From Enterobacteria phage T6: 64,000 nt of DNA. The notes beneath the pieces were generated by a model. It had not been told where the DNA came from and searched no databases. It worked only from the letters and a program-made list of their open reading frames with translations. The DNA lies in the sequence record MH550421; one strand, given 5' to 3'. A program made the translations under genes and the position numbers. Positions 10,689 through 19,104 of the stretch are shown here, one piece after another (positions within the stretch are counted from its first letter, which is position 1; every line of letters begins with the position of its first letter).

Positions 10689-11435
10689 TTATCCTCGGAT
10701 AAGTTTAAAAATTGAACAATTTAGCGGGTATCCTCTTTTCAGTTTAAGTTTATCAATAAAAGACAAATTTTGATACCGCTCTACACCTTGAATAATTTTA
10801 TCACACATATCATATTGCATTTCTGCTTCTGACAACTTTTTCACAATTTTCCAATCCGAGCCTTTAAGAAGAACGTTCAATTTAACAACTTCAGCGCCTT
10901 CTGCTATGCGAGAACCATCAATACGAGCTTTGAGTGCTATAATCCTTAGCTTAATGTCAGATGTCTGTTTTGATTTAGAAAGCTGAGAAATGTGTTCAAT
11001 TCGGTTTTCACGTTTTTTCTGTATAGCTTTAATTTGATTATAAGTCTTTTTGATTTTAGCCCATTTCTTTTCATCTAAATTTAGTTTATGAACTTTTTTC
11101 GCAGATGAACGACCAATTCGCAAAGCAAATAAATCACGCTTTTCAATCAACTCTTCTAAAGTATAATCAGAACGAAATGTATTATACTTTTTCTTTACTG
11201 CAATAACATTCCCTTTAATGTATCCAACGTTATTATCAAAACGTTCTAATGATAATTTCTCTCCTTCAATACGATTATCAAAAGGTTCTCCCGAGTAAGC
11301 ACAAACTTTCTGATCTAAAATGTTCTTAATGTAATTGAAGTCTAAGTTAAAATCTTTAGAACGTCTTTTTGCAGATGCCTGAGTATGCTCTAGACGACGT
11401 TTAATTTTACGAATTTGATTATTAGACAGCTTCAT
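10689..11435 (-). CDS. basic protein, 248 aa, Srd-like by position
   Basis: Lys/Arg-rich; sits between dda and modA where T4 srd lies; also has an LSLERFDNNVGYIKGN stretch reminiscent of an HNH-type fold. Confidence 0.4.
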   Translation of the reverse strand: MKLSNNQIRKIKRRLEHTQASAKRRSKDFNLDFNYIKNILDQKVCAYSGEPFDNRIEGEKLSLERFDNNVGYIKGNVIAVKKKYNTFRSDYTLEELIEKRDLFALRIGRSSAKKVHKLNLDEKKWAKIKKTYNQIKAIQKKRENRIEHISQLSKSKQTSDIKLRIIALKARIDGSRIAEGAEVVKLNVLLKGSDWKIVKKLSEAEMQYDMCDKIIQGVERYQNLSFIDKLKLKRGYPLNCSIFKLIRG

Positions 11436-11471
11436 ATTTTTCTCACATCTTACGGACGGTTAACTACTTAT

Positions 11472-11501
11472 ACTATAACATTTTTACCTTAACTTGTAAA
11501 C
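11472..11501 (-). promoter_or_regulatory. sigma70-type early promoter
   Basis: rc GTTTAC (11496-11501), 18-nt spacer, TATAGT (11472-11477). Confidence 0.6.
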
Positions 11502-11557
11502 AACTTTATGAAAAATGCTTTAAAACTTTCATGGTATAATGAATCTAAGTCCTTCCA

Positions 11558-12160
11558 TTATAGATTAAATCCTTCAAAATCAAGAGTATAGATAGTGTAT
11601 GTTGAATACTTTTTGTACTCATATCTATCTGCAATTCTAAATACACTTCCAGCTGGTATCATTACTTCTTGTTCATCTGAAACTAATTCCATATTACGAT
11701 AACGATGACTATCCGGAAACTTAAAGTTTGGATTGTATTCTTTACACCGTAGAGCTTTTATAGCATACTCCTGGAAATTGAATACCATAGGAGCTTTGAA
11801 TTCAAAAATAACTTGTGTGTTATACTCTAAACCAGAAGCAAAATGTAGAGCTATATTTTTATCATATGAAGCTGATACGACTTTATCAAATGTAATAATA
11901 TCAATTCCTTGATTTAATACTTGTTTAGTCTCAGCTGGAACACCTCTCCAAAGAGGTTTATCGTTTGGTTCCAAACGAGATTTGATTATTTCATTTAACC
12001 AAGTATGGTCATCTGGTTTGTTGGTAATACAATGAATTAAAAGTTCAATTTCAGATAAATTAAACCCTTCAGAAAGTAATTCTTCACGAATAGAAGCACG
12101 CACCGATGCATCCATTGATTTTATTTTAAAATCTTTTAGTTGCATTACTGAGTATTTCAT
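11558..12160 (-). CDS. modA: ADP-ribosyltransferase ModA
   Basis: 200 aa; tandem with paralogous 207-aa ORF; size and order as T4 modA/modB. Confidence 0.7.
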   Translation of the reverse strand: MKYSVMQLKDFKIKSMDASVRASIREELLSEGFNLSEIELLIHCITNKPDDHTWLNEIIKSRLEPNDKPLWRGVPAETKQVLNQGIDIITFDKVVSASYDKNIALHFASGLEYNTQVIFEFKAPMVFNFQEYAIKALRCKEYNPNFKFPDSHRYRNMELVSDEQEVMIPAGSVFRIADRYEYKKYSTYTIYTLDFEGFNL

Positions 12161-12780
12161 TCAACTACCTCAATATCATATACTTTAAATGTTCCAAATG
12201 AATCGTGTAATTTTTCTTTTGAAATAGAAGTTATTCTATACTTTCCAATTGGAATCATCCATTCTTGTTCACGCACGATCATCATTAAGTTATCAGTACG
12301 CTCTGAATCTAGCCCATCAGTATCTTCATACGTGTACTTAAACTCAGTATTAGGAGAAGAAAGTATAATATCGCTGATATGGTCAGAATAATTAAAAGCT
12401 TTATCAGTTTTTAAGCGAAATATTATTTCAGTGAAATACTCAACATAAGAAAAACCACATGCTGTGTGCAAACTAGTAGTAAATGAATCTACCCTGTTCG
12501 TTGAAAACACTTCTCCAACTTGTAAATCTTTAATGAGTTCTTTTGTCGATTTTGATATACCACGATATAACTGATAAGGTGATTTAGTTAAATGCTTTTT
12601 AATGATTTTATTCAACTGCCTATGAAGAGCTTCATTCTTTTTGGCTTCCATACATTGCCAAAGAACGGATTGTTCAAAGTCAGTAAATTTTTCACAGACT
12701 TTTTTATACATATCATATTGAAAATCGACGCTTTCAGCTTTTATAGATAACTGTTCAACATCTTCAAGATTAATAATCAT
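12157..12780 (-). CDS. modB: ADP-ribosyltransferase ModB
   Basis: 207 aa paralog immediately upstream of modA. Confidence 0.7.
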   Translation of the reverse strand: MIINLEDVEQLSIKAESVDFQYDMYKKVCEKFTDFEQSVLWQCMEAKKNEALHRQLNKIIKKHLTKSPYQLYRGISKSTKELIKDLQVGEVFSTNRVDSFTTSLHTACGFSYVEYFTEIIFRLKTDKAFNYSDHISDIILSSPNTEFKYTYEDTDGLDSERTDNLMMIVREQEWMIPIGKYRITSISKEKLHDSFGTFKVYDIEVVE

Positions 12781-12847
12781 GATAGCCTCCGTATACTTCA
12801 GAAGCTATCATATCATTGTTAGAAAGGAAAGTAAACAACTTTTTGAA

Positions 12848-13030
12848 TTATTTTGCCCAGGGAGCCCAGGGCGGAGGGTCAAGATGGTATGAAGCTAGTT
12901 CTTCTAGAAGAGCATCTGGGGCTTCAATTCCATAATTCTGTAATACTATACGGTACTCTTTCTTATAATCACTAGAATCATTCTGGATATTCGTAGAATG
13001 ATTATCTTCTAACATCTCAAATAAATCCAT
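12848..13030 (-). CDS. hypothetical protein, 60 aa
   Basis: small ORF. Confidence 0.35.
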   Translation of the reverse strand: MDLFEMLEDNHSTNIQNDSSDYKKEYRIVLQNYGIEAPDALLEELASYHLDPPPWAPWAK

Positions 13031-13038
13031 ATTAATTC

Positions 13039-13509
13039 CTAGCGATAAAAACCAAATTGACGATTAGCTTCAATAATCTTTCTTTCTTCTTCGGACATTC
13101 TCCAGCGTAGTCCAACGTCAAAATGAGCCCAGACCATCTTAACAAATGCATTTATATCTTTAATATCTTCAATAATGAATGTTTTACTTTTCGAAGGTTG
13201 ACTCGCTAATTTAACCTTATCATCTTCAAACAGGTCAAAAAGACCATATTCATGAGCTCTTTTATAGCCTTTAATAGTTAAAGCTTCAGAAGAAGAAAAC
13301 GGTGAATCAGTATTCTGCAAAATATCTTCAGTATGCTTTATAATTAGAATAACATTTTCTGGATATTTTCTTTCTTTTATATCTTTAATTAAAAAATCCG
13401 GATTTTCTGCTAAAGGAATAATCAATGAGCAATTTTTATCAAGCGTATTTACTGATTTACCTTCTTTAGACATAAATTCTATTGAATAGTGTTTTGCTAC
13501 TTCAATCAT
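13039..13509 (-). CDS. hypothetical protein, 156 aa
   Basis: ORF in modB-soc accessory interval. Confidence 0.45.
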   Translation of the reverse strand: MIEVAKHYSIEFMSKEGKSVNTLDKNCSLIIPLAENPDFLIKDIKERKYPENVILIIKHTEDILQNTDSPFSSSEALTIKGYKRAHEYGLFDLFEDDKVKLASQPSKSKTFIIEDIKDINAFVKMVWAHFDVGLRWRMSEEERKIIEANRQFGFYR

Positions 13510-13662
13510 GTGATTTCCTTTTGCCTACTAATGGACCATCAGGAATTTTGTTTTCCTGGATGTATTTCTCATTTTCTTCCATCATTTTACTGCCGATTTT
13601 AAGAAGCAAATCCAGTGCTTCATTTGCTTTTGCTTTAGCCTCTTCTAACGTTATATCTTTGT

Positions 13663-13866
13663 TCATGATTTATCACCATAGATGTCTCTCATCAATTTAA
13701 GCGCTGAGCGTTCTAATTTCTTTTCTTTCTCAGCACTAATCATTGATTTCATCCATTCTTCCGATTCGTTCTGCATTTCTTTATTTGCTTGTTCAACCCA
13801 ACCATCATCAATGTACATTGAGTTTGGTCTACTAAACCATTCAAGTATTTTCTTCAGAACTTTCAT
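13663..13866 (-). CDS. hypothetical protein, 67 aa
   Basis: small ORF. Confidence 0.35.
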   Translation of the reverse strand: MKVLKKILEWFSRPNSMYIDDGWVEQANKEMQNESEEWMKSMISAEKEKKLERSALKLMRDIYGDKS

Positions 13867-14338
13867 TTGTTTTACCTAAAACGACAGTAGGAGCATCGTC
13901 AAATTCATGAATTTTTAGCAATTTTGGATTTAAATTATTCCATACATAATAAATAAAGTATGATAAAGCATCTTCACTCGCAATTATAAATTTATTTCCT
14001 TCATTTATTTTCCAGTCATATACTGAATCGTACGAATAAAAAGATAAAGGATTACCATTATATTGTTCTGCGCTAACATTAATGTATTCGGATTTAGTAA
14101 ATGCTTCAATTGCTCTAAACGGACTATTTGGCACAGTTTCAATAATTCCGATCTTTTTAAGTTTTATTTCAACATCTTCTGGAACTGGCATTGAAACGAA
14201 ATTTTCTACGAGATACATAGGGTTACAATAACCCTTATCAATCACTACGGCTACAGTAATTGGAACATCTTTAGCAAACGACATGCTATTACTGCTAATA
14301 TACATTTCAAACAAAATTGCTTCCATAATTTTCCTCAA
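13841..14338 (-). CDS. hypothetical protein, 165 aa
   Basis: ORF. Confidence 0.45.
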   Translation of the reverse strand: MRKIMEAILFEMYISSNSMSFAKDVPITVAVVIDKGYCNPMYLVENFVSMPVPEDVEIKLKKIGIIETVPNSPFRAIEAFTKSEYINVSAEQYNGNPLSFYSYDSVYDWKINEGNKFIIASEDALSYFIYYVWNNLNPKLLKIHEFDDAPTVVLGKTNESSEENT

Positions 14339-14667
14339 TCACAAGATGTAGATGAACAACTAGAATCACAAGAACTTCCGCATGAATCACCTGCCCATAC
14401 ATGAACAGGGACATTTGTATCATATGAAGAATTAGAACTTTTAACTTCGTTAGAAGATGTAGGTGTTGACCAGCGCCAGGGATTTTTATAATATTCCTGG
14501 GCTTCTTCATAAGTCATAGTGACTGCTTCTACTGTTCCATCTCCCATATAAACATACTCAACTACAGTTAAAGGAAGGTAGTCATTTGAAATAGGAACTA
14601 CACCTTCTCCAGGAGTCGTAGAGAAAAAATCCGTAAAGAAACTTTTAAACCAATTAAAGATAAACAT
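14335..14667 (-). CDS. hypothetical protein with Ser/Cys-rich C-terminal tail, 110 aa
   Basis: C-terminus [18 protein letters not shown]. Confidence 0.45.
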   Translation of the reverse strand: MFIFNWFKSFFTDFFSTTPGEGVVPISNDYLPLTVVEYVYMGDGTVEAVTMTYEEAQEYYKNPWRWSTPTSSNEVKSSNSSYDTNVPVHVWAGDSCGSSCDSSCSSTSCD

Positions 14668-14873
14668 TACAAAAAGCCTCTTTTGAATTCGACTTGTTTA
14701 CCGCCATAATCATATCGGATCTCTGCATTAAATTCAACAGAACCATCTGCATACATCATAAATGAATGTACAACAACTTCTGTAGACCATGGTTGTAGTT
14801 CATATTTCTTCATTACATGTCGTGAAATGATAATATCTAAATCTTCATTCGGTTTAATCCAACGATTTAACAT
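14667..14873 (-). CDS. hypothetical protein, 68 aa
   Basis: small ORF. Confidence 0.4.
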   Translation of the reverse strand: MLNRWIKPNEDLDIIISRHVMKKYELQPWSTEVVVHSFMMYADGSVEFNAEIRYDYGGKQVEFKRGFL

Positions 14874-14899
14874 AGCGCTCTCCTCTATAAGATAATTCT

Positions 14900-14929
14900 A
14901 TTATACCATACTCATTTTGGAAAGTAAAC
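14900..14929 (-). promoter_or_regulatory. sigma70-type early promoter
   Basis: rc GTTTAC (14924-14929), 18-nt spacer, TGGTATAAT (14900-14905). Confidence 0.65.
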
Positions 14930-14940
14930 CGTTTAAATGA

Positions 14941-14968
14941 AAAAAGGACTCCCGAAGGAGTCCTTGAA
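14941..14968 (-). terminator. hairpin terminator downstream of soc
   Basis: ggactcc-cgaa-ggagtcc flanked by A/T runs, right after soc stop. Confidence 0.7.
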
Positions 14969-14969
14969 T

Positions 14970-15215
14970 TTATTCACCAGTTACTTTCCACAAATCTTCA
15001 TTTGCAGCAATCCATTCAGTACGTTGATTTTCTTCATATACTGTAGAATATGCTGCTTTTTCTGAAGGGAATGTCTGGTAATGAGCACCAGAAATTTTGT
15101 GAACGTCAGAATAAAGAGGGAAAGCTACGGAAATTTCCTTTCCTTCAATTTTCTTATTTCCATCTAATTTCTGCTCAAATGTTTTGATATTAACATAACC
15201 GCGAGTACTAGCCAT
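14970..15215 (-). CDS. soc: small outer capsid protein Soc
   Basis: 81 aa starting MASTRGYVNIKTFEQKLDG, recognised as T4 Soc. Confidence 0.9.
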   Translation of the reverse strand: MASTRGYVNIKTFEQKLDGNKKIEGKEISVAFPLYSDVHKISGAHYQTFPSEKAAYSTVYEENQRTEWIAANEDLWKVTGE

Positions 15216-15231
15216 GTAATTCTCCTTTTAT

Positions 15232-15441
15232 TTAAATTACATGATTATTTATAATAAATTCTCGCGGAACGTTAAAATACCCAATTTTAGTTAATATAAC
15301 AACATCGCCGTTAATAATTACCGGAGAATAATCGGCTGGAGCATTAAATTTCCAATGGGCTCTAATATTATATCCATCAGAACCAAATGCTCGACTAGCC
15401 GGTCTCCCGGCTTTTTGCCATGCATAAAAATCAAATTTCAT
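15232..15441 (-). CDS. hypothetical protein, 69 aa
   Basis: small ORF. Confidence 0.4.
   Translation of the reverse strand: MKFDFYAWQKAGRPASRAFGSDGYNIRAHWKFNAPADYSPVIINGDVVILTKIGYFNVPREFIINNHVI
15246..15253 (-). promoter_or_regulatory. late promoter TATAAATA upstream of soc
   Basis: rc TATAAATA about 30 nt upstream of soc ATG. Confidence 0.55.
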
Positions 15442-15641
15442 TTTGAATGCTCTATAATTAATTTTAAGGCTTCTTCACGCACCAACTTGTCTAATGGTAT
15501 ATGCCCAGTTTTAATTATGTAAGCTTTGTGGAGCTGATTAGATAAGAGCTCACATACGAGCTCCTTGTCATAATCTTTAAATAGCTGGTCAATACGTTTC
15601 TTGCGGGCTTTCTTGAGCTGACGTTTATTTAAACGAGCCAT
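15438..15641 (-). CDS. hypothetical basic protein, 67 aa
   Basis: small ORF overlapping gene 56 stop. Confidence 0.4.
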   Translation of the reverse strand: MARLNKRQLKKARKKRIDQLFKDYDKELVCELLSNQLHKAYIIKTGHIPLDKLVREEALKLIIEHSK

Positions 15642-16159
15642 TAATAACCTCGGTCTTGACGAGCGAAATTTTCAGCATTTTTCAGATAATAAAGTTTAAA
15701 GATTTCTTCAGCTGACATTCCAAGAGCAATGAATTTATTCATGAAAAAGTGAAATTGGTCAATTAGTTCAAATTTAATTTCAAGTTGATCTTCAGGAGAT
15801 AAATCTTGAATTTTCTTGGATTGCATTTCAGAATAACGTTTCTTCCAAGGTTTCCATACGGCAGAAGCTTCTTTTTCACCATTACTCATACCACCAAGAG
15901 AAGTATATAGCTCGCGAGTTTCATCTGCGATATAATCGTCTTGGTTTCGCAACCAAGCAAGAACTTCTCCTGCAGTTTCAAGTGAATCAGGATGACGATT
16001 TGTTTCTGGTTTATCATTAGCCAAACGAATCTGTAAAGACCGCTGCATATCAAGCATAACCTGCAATGGGTCAATATTGTGCATAATATTCTCAGCATAT
16101 GCACGAGTTGCTTTATCAACACCTTCGATCAAATGAGCACATTCATTAAAGTGAGCCAT
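15641..16159 (-). CDS. 56: dCTPase/dUTPase gp56
   Basis: 171 aa from ATG at 16159 with GGAAAGG-type RBS (MAHFNECAHLIEG...); longer track ORF is an upstream extension. Confidence 0.85.
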   Translation of the reverse strand: MAHFNECAHLIEGVDKATRAYAENIMHNIDPLQVMLDMQRSLQIRLANDKPETNRHPDSLETAGEVLAWLRNQDDYIADETRELYTSLGGMSNGEKEASAVWKPWKKRYSEMQSKKIQDLSPEDQLEIKFELIDQFHFFMNKFIALGMSAEEIFKLYYLKNAENFARQDRGY

Positions 16160-16245
16160 TATTTTTCCTTTCAATTCATGGATTAATAGATTAATTATAC
16201 AATAAATATATAAAGCAATAAGGAGGACATATTGTACAAAAATTA

Positions 16246-16431
16246 ATGGCACTTGTTAATGCCATCAAAGGTAATAAAAAGCGTATAGCTTTTACTATTT
16301 CTGCTATGGTAGGAATTTTACTCTGGAACTTTATTTTATCACCTGTTGCAATTGCACATGGTATTAATATTCCAGTAGTTACTCTTGATACATTCGTAGA
16401 TTTAGCATTTGCTTTAGTTGGGTTAATTTAA
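16246..16431 (+). CDS. possible small hydrophobic protein, 61 aa (plus strand)
   Basis: only ORF in the 56-61 intergenic region; AAGGAGGA lies 18 nt upstream; could be chance ORF in AT-rich DNA. Confidence 0.2.
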   Translation: MALVNAIKGNKKRIAFTISAMVGILLWNFILSPVAIAHGINIPVVTLDTFVDLAFALVGLI

Positions 16432-17456
16432 ATCTTGGCATATTTAGATAGCCGCATTTTAGCCATCAACCCCTGTGCAATATTATTTTTCATATATTCC
16501 ATAATTTGTTCAGGGGTTGCACCTTCCTTTCTAATCATATCATTAACATCTTTTGATTTCCAGGGAGATTTATCCCAAAACATAACTCTTTCTCCTGCAT
16601 CAACTAATTTAGTCATTCGCTTAATAGTGTCAGGATGACGAGGTTCATTATCTAAAACCCACACACGTCTATCTTTAAATGGAACAACTTCTAGGTCTAA
16701 TTGACCACCCGTAATAGCTATACCATTTTCAATAAAAAGTGAATCTATAGGTCCTTCTAGAACATATACATCACCATCTTTAACTCGTTCGACTCCATAG
16801 ATTTTTGTTGCCTCAGGATAAGCTTTGATGGTGATATATTTTTGAGGAGCATCTTTCTTTAATGCACGTCCTTGAAAAGACTCAGCTTTTCCATTAACAT
16901 TATAAATTGGAATAACAAGACGAGGCTCAGGTATTTCCTTTTTATATGTTCCTGGAGCTATACTATTAACTAATTTAGACCATTCGGTTGTAAACCAAAG
17001 ATATTTCCATTTATCCTTTGGAATACAACGAGCTTTTACATATTTTATAATTGGATGGTCTTCCGCCAGTTTATCTAATCTAACACATGACGGAAGAGAT
17101 TTAATTATTTTCTTCTCAGGTTGTTTAGGAAGTTCTTTAGGTTTTTCTACTGGACGACTTTTACCTTTTTCTTTTCTTATTTCAAAGATATACTCACGAT
17201 ATAAATCAGGTTCAAACTCCTTTAAATATATTCCGATTGGTGCATGATAGTTACAGTTATAACAATGAATATTTCCTTCATTATTATCACCATAATACCA
17301 TCCACGGGCTTTATTTTGGTCGGTTTTTGAATCTCCACACACTGGGCATCTAAACCGTAATTTAAAAGTTGAACTATTATTTACTTGTGTGAATTTAGGT
17401 AAATGAGCTAATGCACGGTATGCAAACTCATTATCAATCCAAGGTATTGATGACAT
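16428..17456 (-). CDS. 61: DNA primase gp61
   Basis: 342 aa; zinc ribbon CPVCGDS...CYNC; toprim-like core. Confidence 0.9.
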   Translation of the reverse strand: MSSIPWIDNEFAYRALAHLPKFTQVNNSSTFKLRFRCPVCGDSKTDQNKARGWYYGDNNEGNIHCYNCNYHAPIGIYLKEFEPDLYREYIFEIRKEKGKSRPVEKPKELPKQPEKKIIKSLPSCVRLDKLAEDHPIIKYVKARCIPKDKWKYLWFTTEWSKLVNSIAPGTYKKEIPEPRLVIPIYNVNGKAESFQGRALKKDAPQKYITIKAYPEATKIYGVERVKDGDVYVLEGPIDSLFIENGIAITGGQLDLEVVPFKDRRVWVLDNEPRHPDTIKRMTKLVDAGERVMFWDKSPWKSKDVNDMIRKEGATPEQIMEYMKNNIAQGLMAKMRLSKYAKI

Positions 17457-17622
17457 TTTTACTCTTCTTTTTCTTTAGATTCCTCTTTTTCTTTTTAGGA
17501 ATCTGTTCAGGACCTTTATTTACTACAGCGCCTGACGTTGTTCCAGTAGAGATATTTTCAGGATTACCACCTGAATCTCCAGCGACCATATCTTCTTTGA
17601 TAAATTCTTTATATGTTTTCAT
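17434..17622 (-). CDS. hypothetical Lys-rich protein, 62 aa
   Basis: small ORF overlapping primase start. Confidence 0.4.
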   Translation of the reverse strand: MKTYKEFIKEDMVAGDSGGNPENISTGTTSGAVVNKGPEQIPKKKKRNLKKKKSKNVINTLD

Positions 17623-17623
17623 A

Positions 17624-18250
17624 TTAACCTCTATTCATAAAAGCATTAAAAATTTGGTCATCAATAGAAACATTTACTTTAGACTGTTTTTCAGATGGCA
17701 ATTCATATCCACATATTACAATTTTATGATCAATATCAAAATACACAGAAGCAATATGATTAATGATATTTTCAGTGAAGTCTAAATCAACATCAATGTC
17801 TTTTTGACCAAAGCCCAAAGGATAAATAATGCGAGTAATTCGATTATCTTTAACAAAGATTCCACCGACATACTCTGTGCTGCGTTTAAAGTCTACACGC
17901 CGACGAAATAAAAAATATTCAGGCTCTTTATGAGCTCGGCTCATAGGGCACAACGAATAACTAGAATAAGAGATGTCAAATCCTACGCCTTCAATATGAA
18001 CTAAATTGCCATGATTAAACCAATTATAATCATATGCCAAGTCCATTAGATTGTCATATGTGAAAGGCACCGGATTAACATCATTGGTCACAAGCATATA
18101 ATTGGCAACTGCTATAATTTCATTATTTTTAACGAATACAAACCGTGATTGATGCGAATGACCTGGACCTGTGTTTTCACGATTAATGATATAACACTGG
18201 GCACCTTTATATTTGTATGTGTCTTTACACTTGTGCATTTGATAAAGCAT
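17624..18250 (-). CDS. hypothetical protein, 208 aa (T4 61.2-like)
   Basis: size and position match T4 61.2. Confidence 0.5.
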   Translation of the reverse strand: MLYQMHKCKDTYKYKGAQCYIINRENTGPGHSHQSRFVFVKNNEIIAVANYMLVTNDVNPVPFTYDNLMDLAYDYNWFNHGNLVHIEGVGFDISYSSYSLCPMSRAHKEPEYFLFRRRVDFKRSTEYVGGIFVKDNRITRIIYPLGFGQKDIDVDLDFTENIINHIASVYFDIDHKIVICGYELPSEKQSKVNVSIDDQIFNAFMNRG

Positions 18251-18543
18251 TATTCACCTACCACTTCAGCGATGATATTTTTATTATTAAAGTTTTTATC
18301 GCAATACAGAACATAATTATACTGCATTACACCGCCAGACTTAAGTTGTTTTTGCACTTCAGCTTTCATTTCAGGACGATCGCGCTCAACGATATTCATA
18401 ATATCTGCTTCAATTTGGGTTTCAACCTCAGTCTGATCCGCAGTCATAGACCATTCGCACAAATCTTTATCATAGCCTGCCATGGCAGGTTGAGCAGCGC
18501 AAGAAGCTAAAGCAAAAATTGTGGCAAAGATAAATTTTTTCAT
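18250..18543 (-). CDS. sp: Spackle periplasmic protein (superinfection exclusion)
   Basis: 97 aa with cleavable signal peptide; position 61.3. Confidence 0.75.
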   Translation of the reverse strand: MKKFIFATIFALASCAAQPAMAGYDKDLCEWSMTADQTEVETQIEADIMNIVERDRPEMKAEVQKQLKSGGVMQYNYVLYCDKNFNNKNIIAEVVGE

Positions 18544-18571
18544 GATAATCTCCTCAGTAGTTTATGTTTAT

Positions 18572-18601
18572 ATAGTATCTCAATTTCCAACAAAAGTAAA
18601 C
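18572..18601 (-). promoter_or_regulatory. sigma70-type early promoter
   Basis: rc GTTTAC (18596-18601), 18-nt spacer, TACTAT (18572-18577). Confidence 0.6.
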
Positions 18602-18603
18602 AG

Positions 18604-18903
18604 CTATTTTAAAACTTTTGCATAATCACATGTTACAAACTGTTTCTCTAGATTGACGATTTTACGAAAGTATCTTTTGCATTGGCGAATCTGCCGCTTC
18701 GTAGGGCGAACAGCAAACTTAATAAATTCCACTCGACCAAATGGAGGACTTTCTTCTGCTGGAATATCTAACACCAATTCCCACGTATCTGCAATAAGTG
18801 CTTTGAATTGCGTATTTTTCCTGACGTTATACGGAGTAGGTTTAAATAAAACAATATGCATATTATCCTCGGCAATCCACTTCACACACTTTCTTGTCAT
18901 CAA
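18604..18903 (-). CDS. hypothetical protein, 99 aa (61.4 position)
   Basis: ORF. Confidence 0.45.
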   Translation of the reverse strand: MMTRKCVKWIAEDNMHIVLFKPTPYNVRKNTQFKALIADTWELVLDIPAEESPPFGRVEFIKFAVRPTKRQIRQCKRYFRKIVNLEKQFVTCDYAKVLK

Positions 18904-19045
18904 TGAAAGCTTTAACTAATGCTTTATTAACTTCAGCATATTGAGTAGTAGCCCATTGAACGTCATCTTTCATCATTGTGATTTCTTTAGTAAACATGCT
19001 TTCATTCTTAAACCACCCCATAAAAACTACCTTTACCAATTCCAT
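18863..19045 (-). CDS. dmd: Dmd antitoxin (inhibitor of RnlA/LsoA toxins)
   Basis: 60 aa MELVKVVFMGWFKNES..., recognised as T4 Dmd. Confidence 0.85.
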   Translation of the reverse strand: MELVKVVFMGWFKNESMFTKEITMMKDDVQWATTQYAEVNKALVKAFIDDKKVCEVDCRG

Positions 19046-19074
19046 AACAATCTCCTCATTTAACCAACAGGACT

Positions 19075-19104
19075 ACTATACCATAGTCTTGTCAGCTTGT
19101 AAAC
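19075..19104 (-). promoter_or_regulatory. sigma70-type early promoter
   Basis: rc GTTTAC (19099-19104), 18-nt spacer, TGGTATAGT. Confidence 0.65.

Noticed and set aside
10689-11435. Calling the 248-aa dda-modA interval protein an HNH homing endonuclease
   Set aside because: Only a short LSLERFDNN-GY-KGN stretch resembles HNH-family folds and the catalytic His pattern is not evident; position and size fit an Srd-like protein better, so it was left as a low-confidence CDS.
15886-16122. 78-aa minus-strand ORF inside gene 56 and 67-aa ORF at 14307-14510
   Set aside because: Alternative frames within better-supported genes; hydrophobic low-complexity translations.
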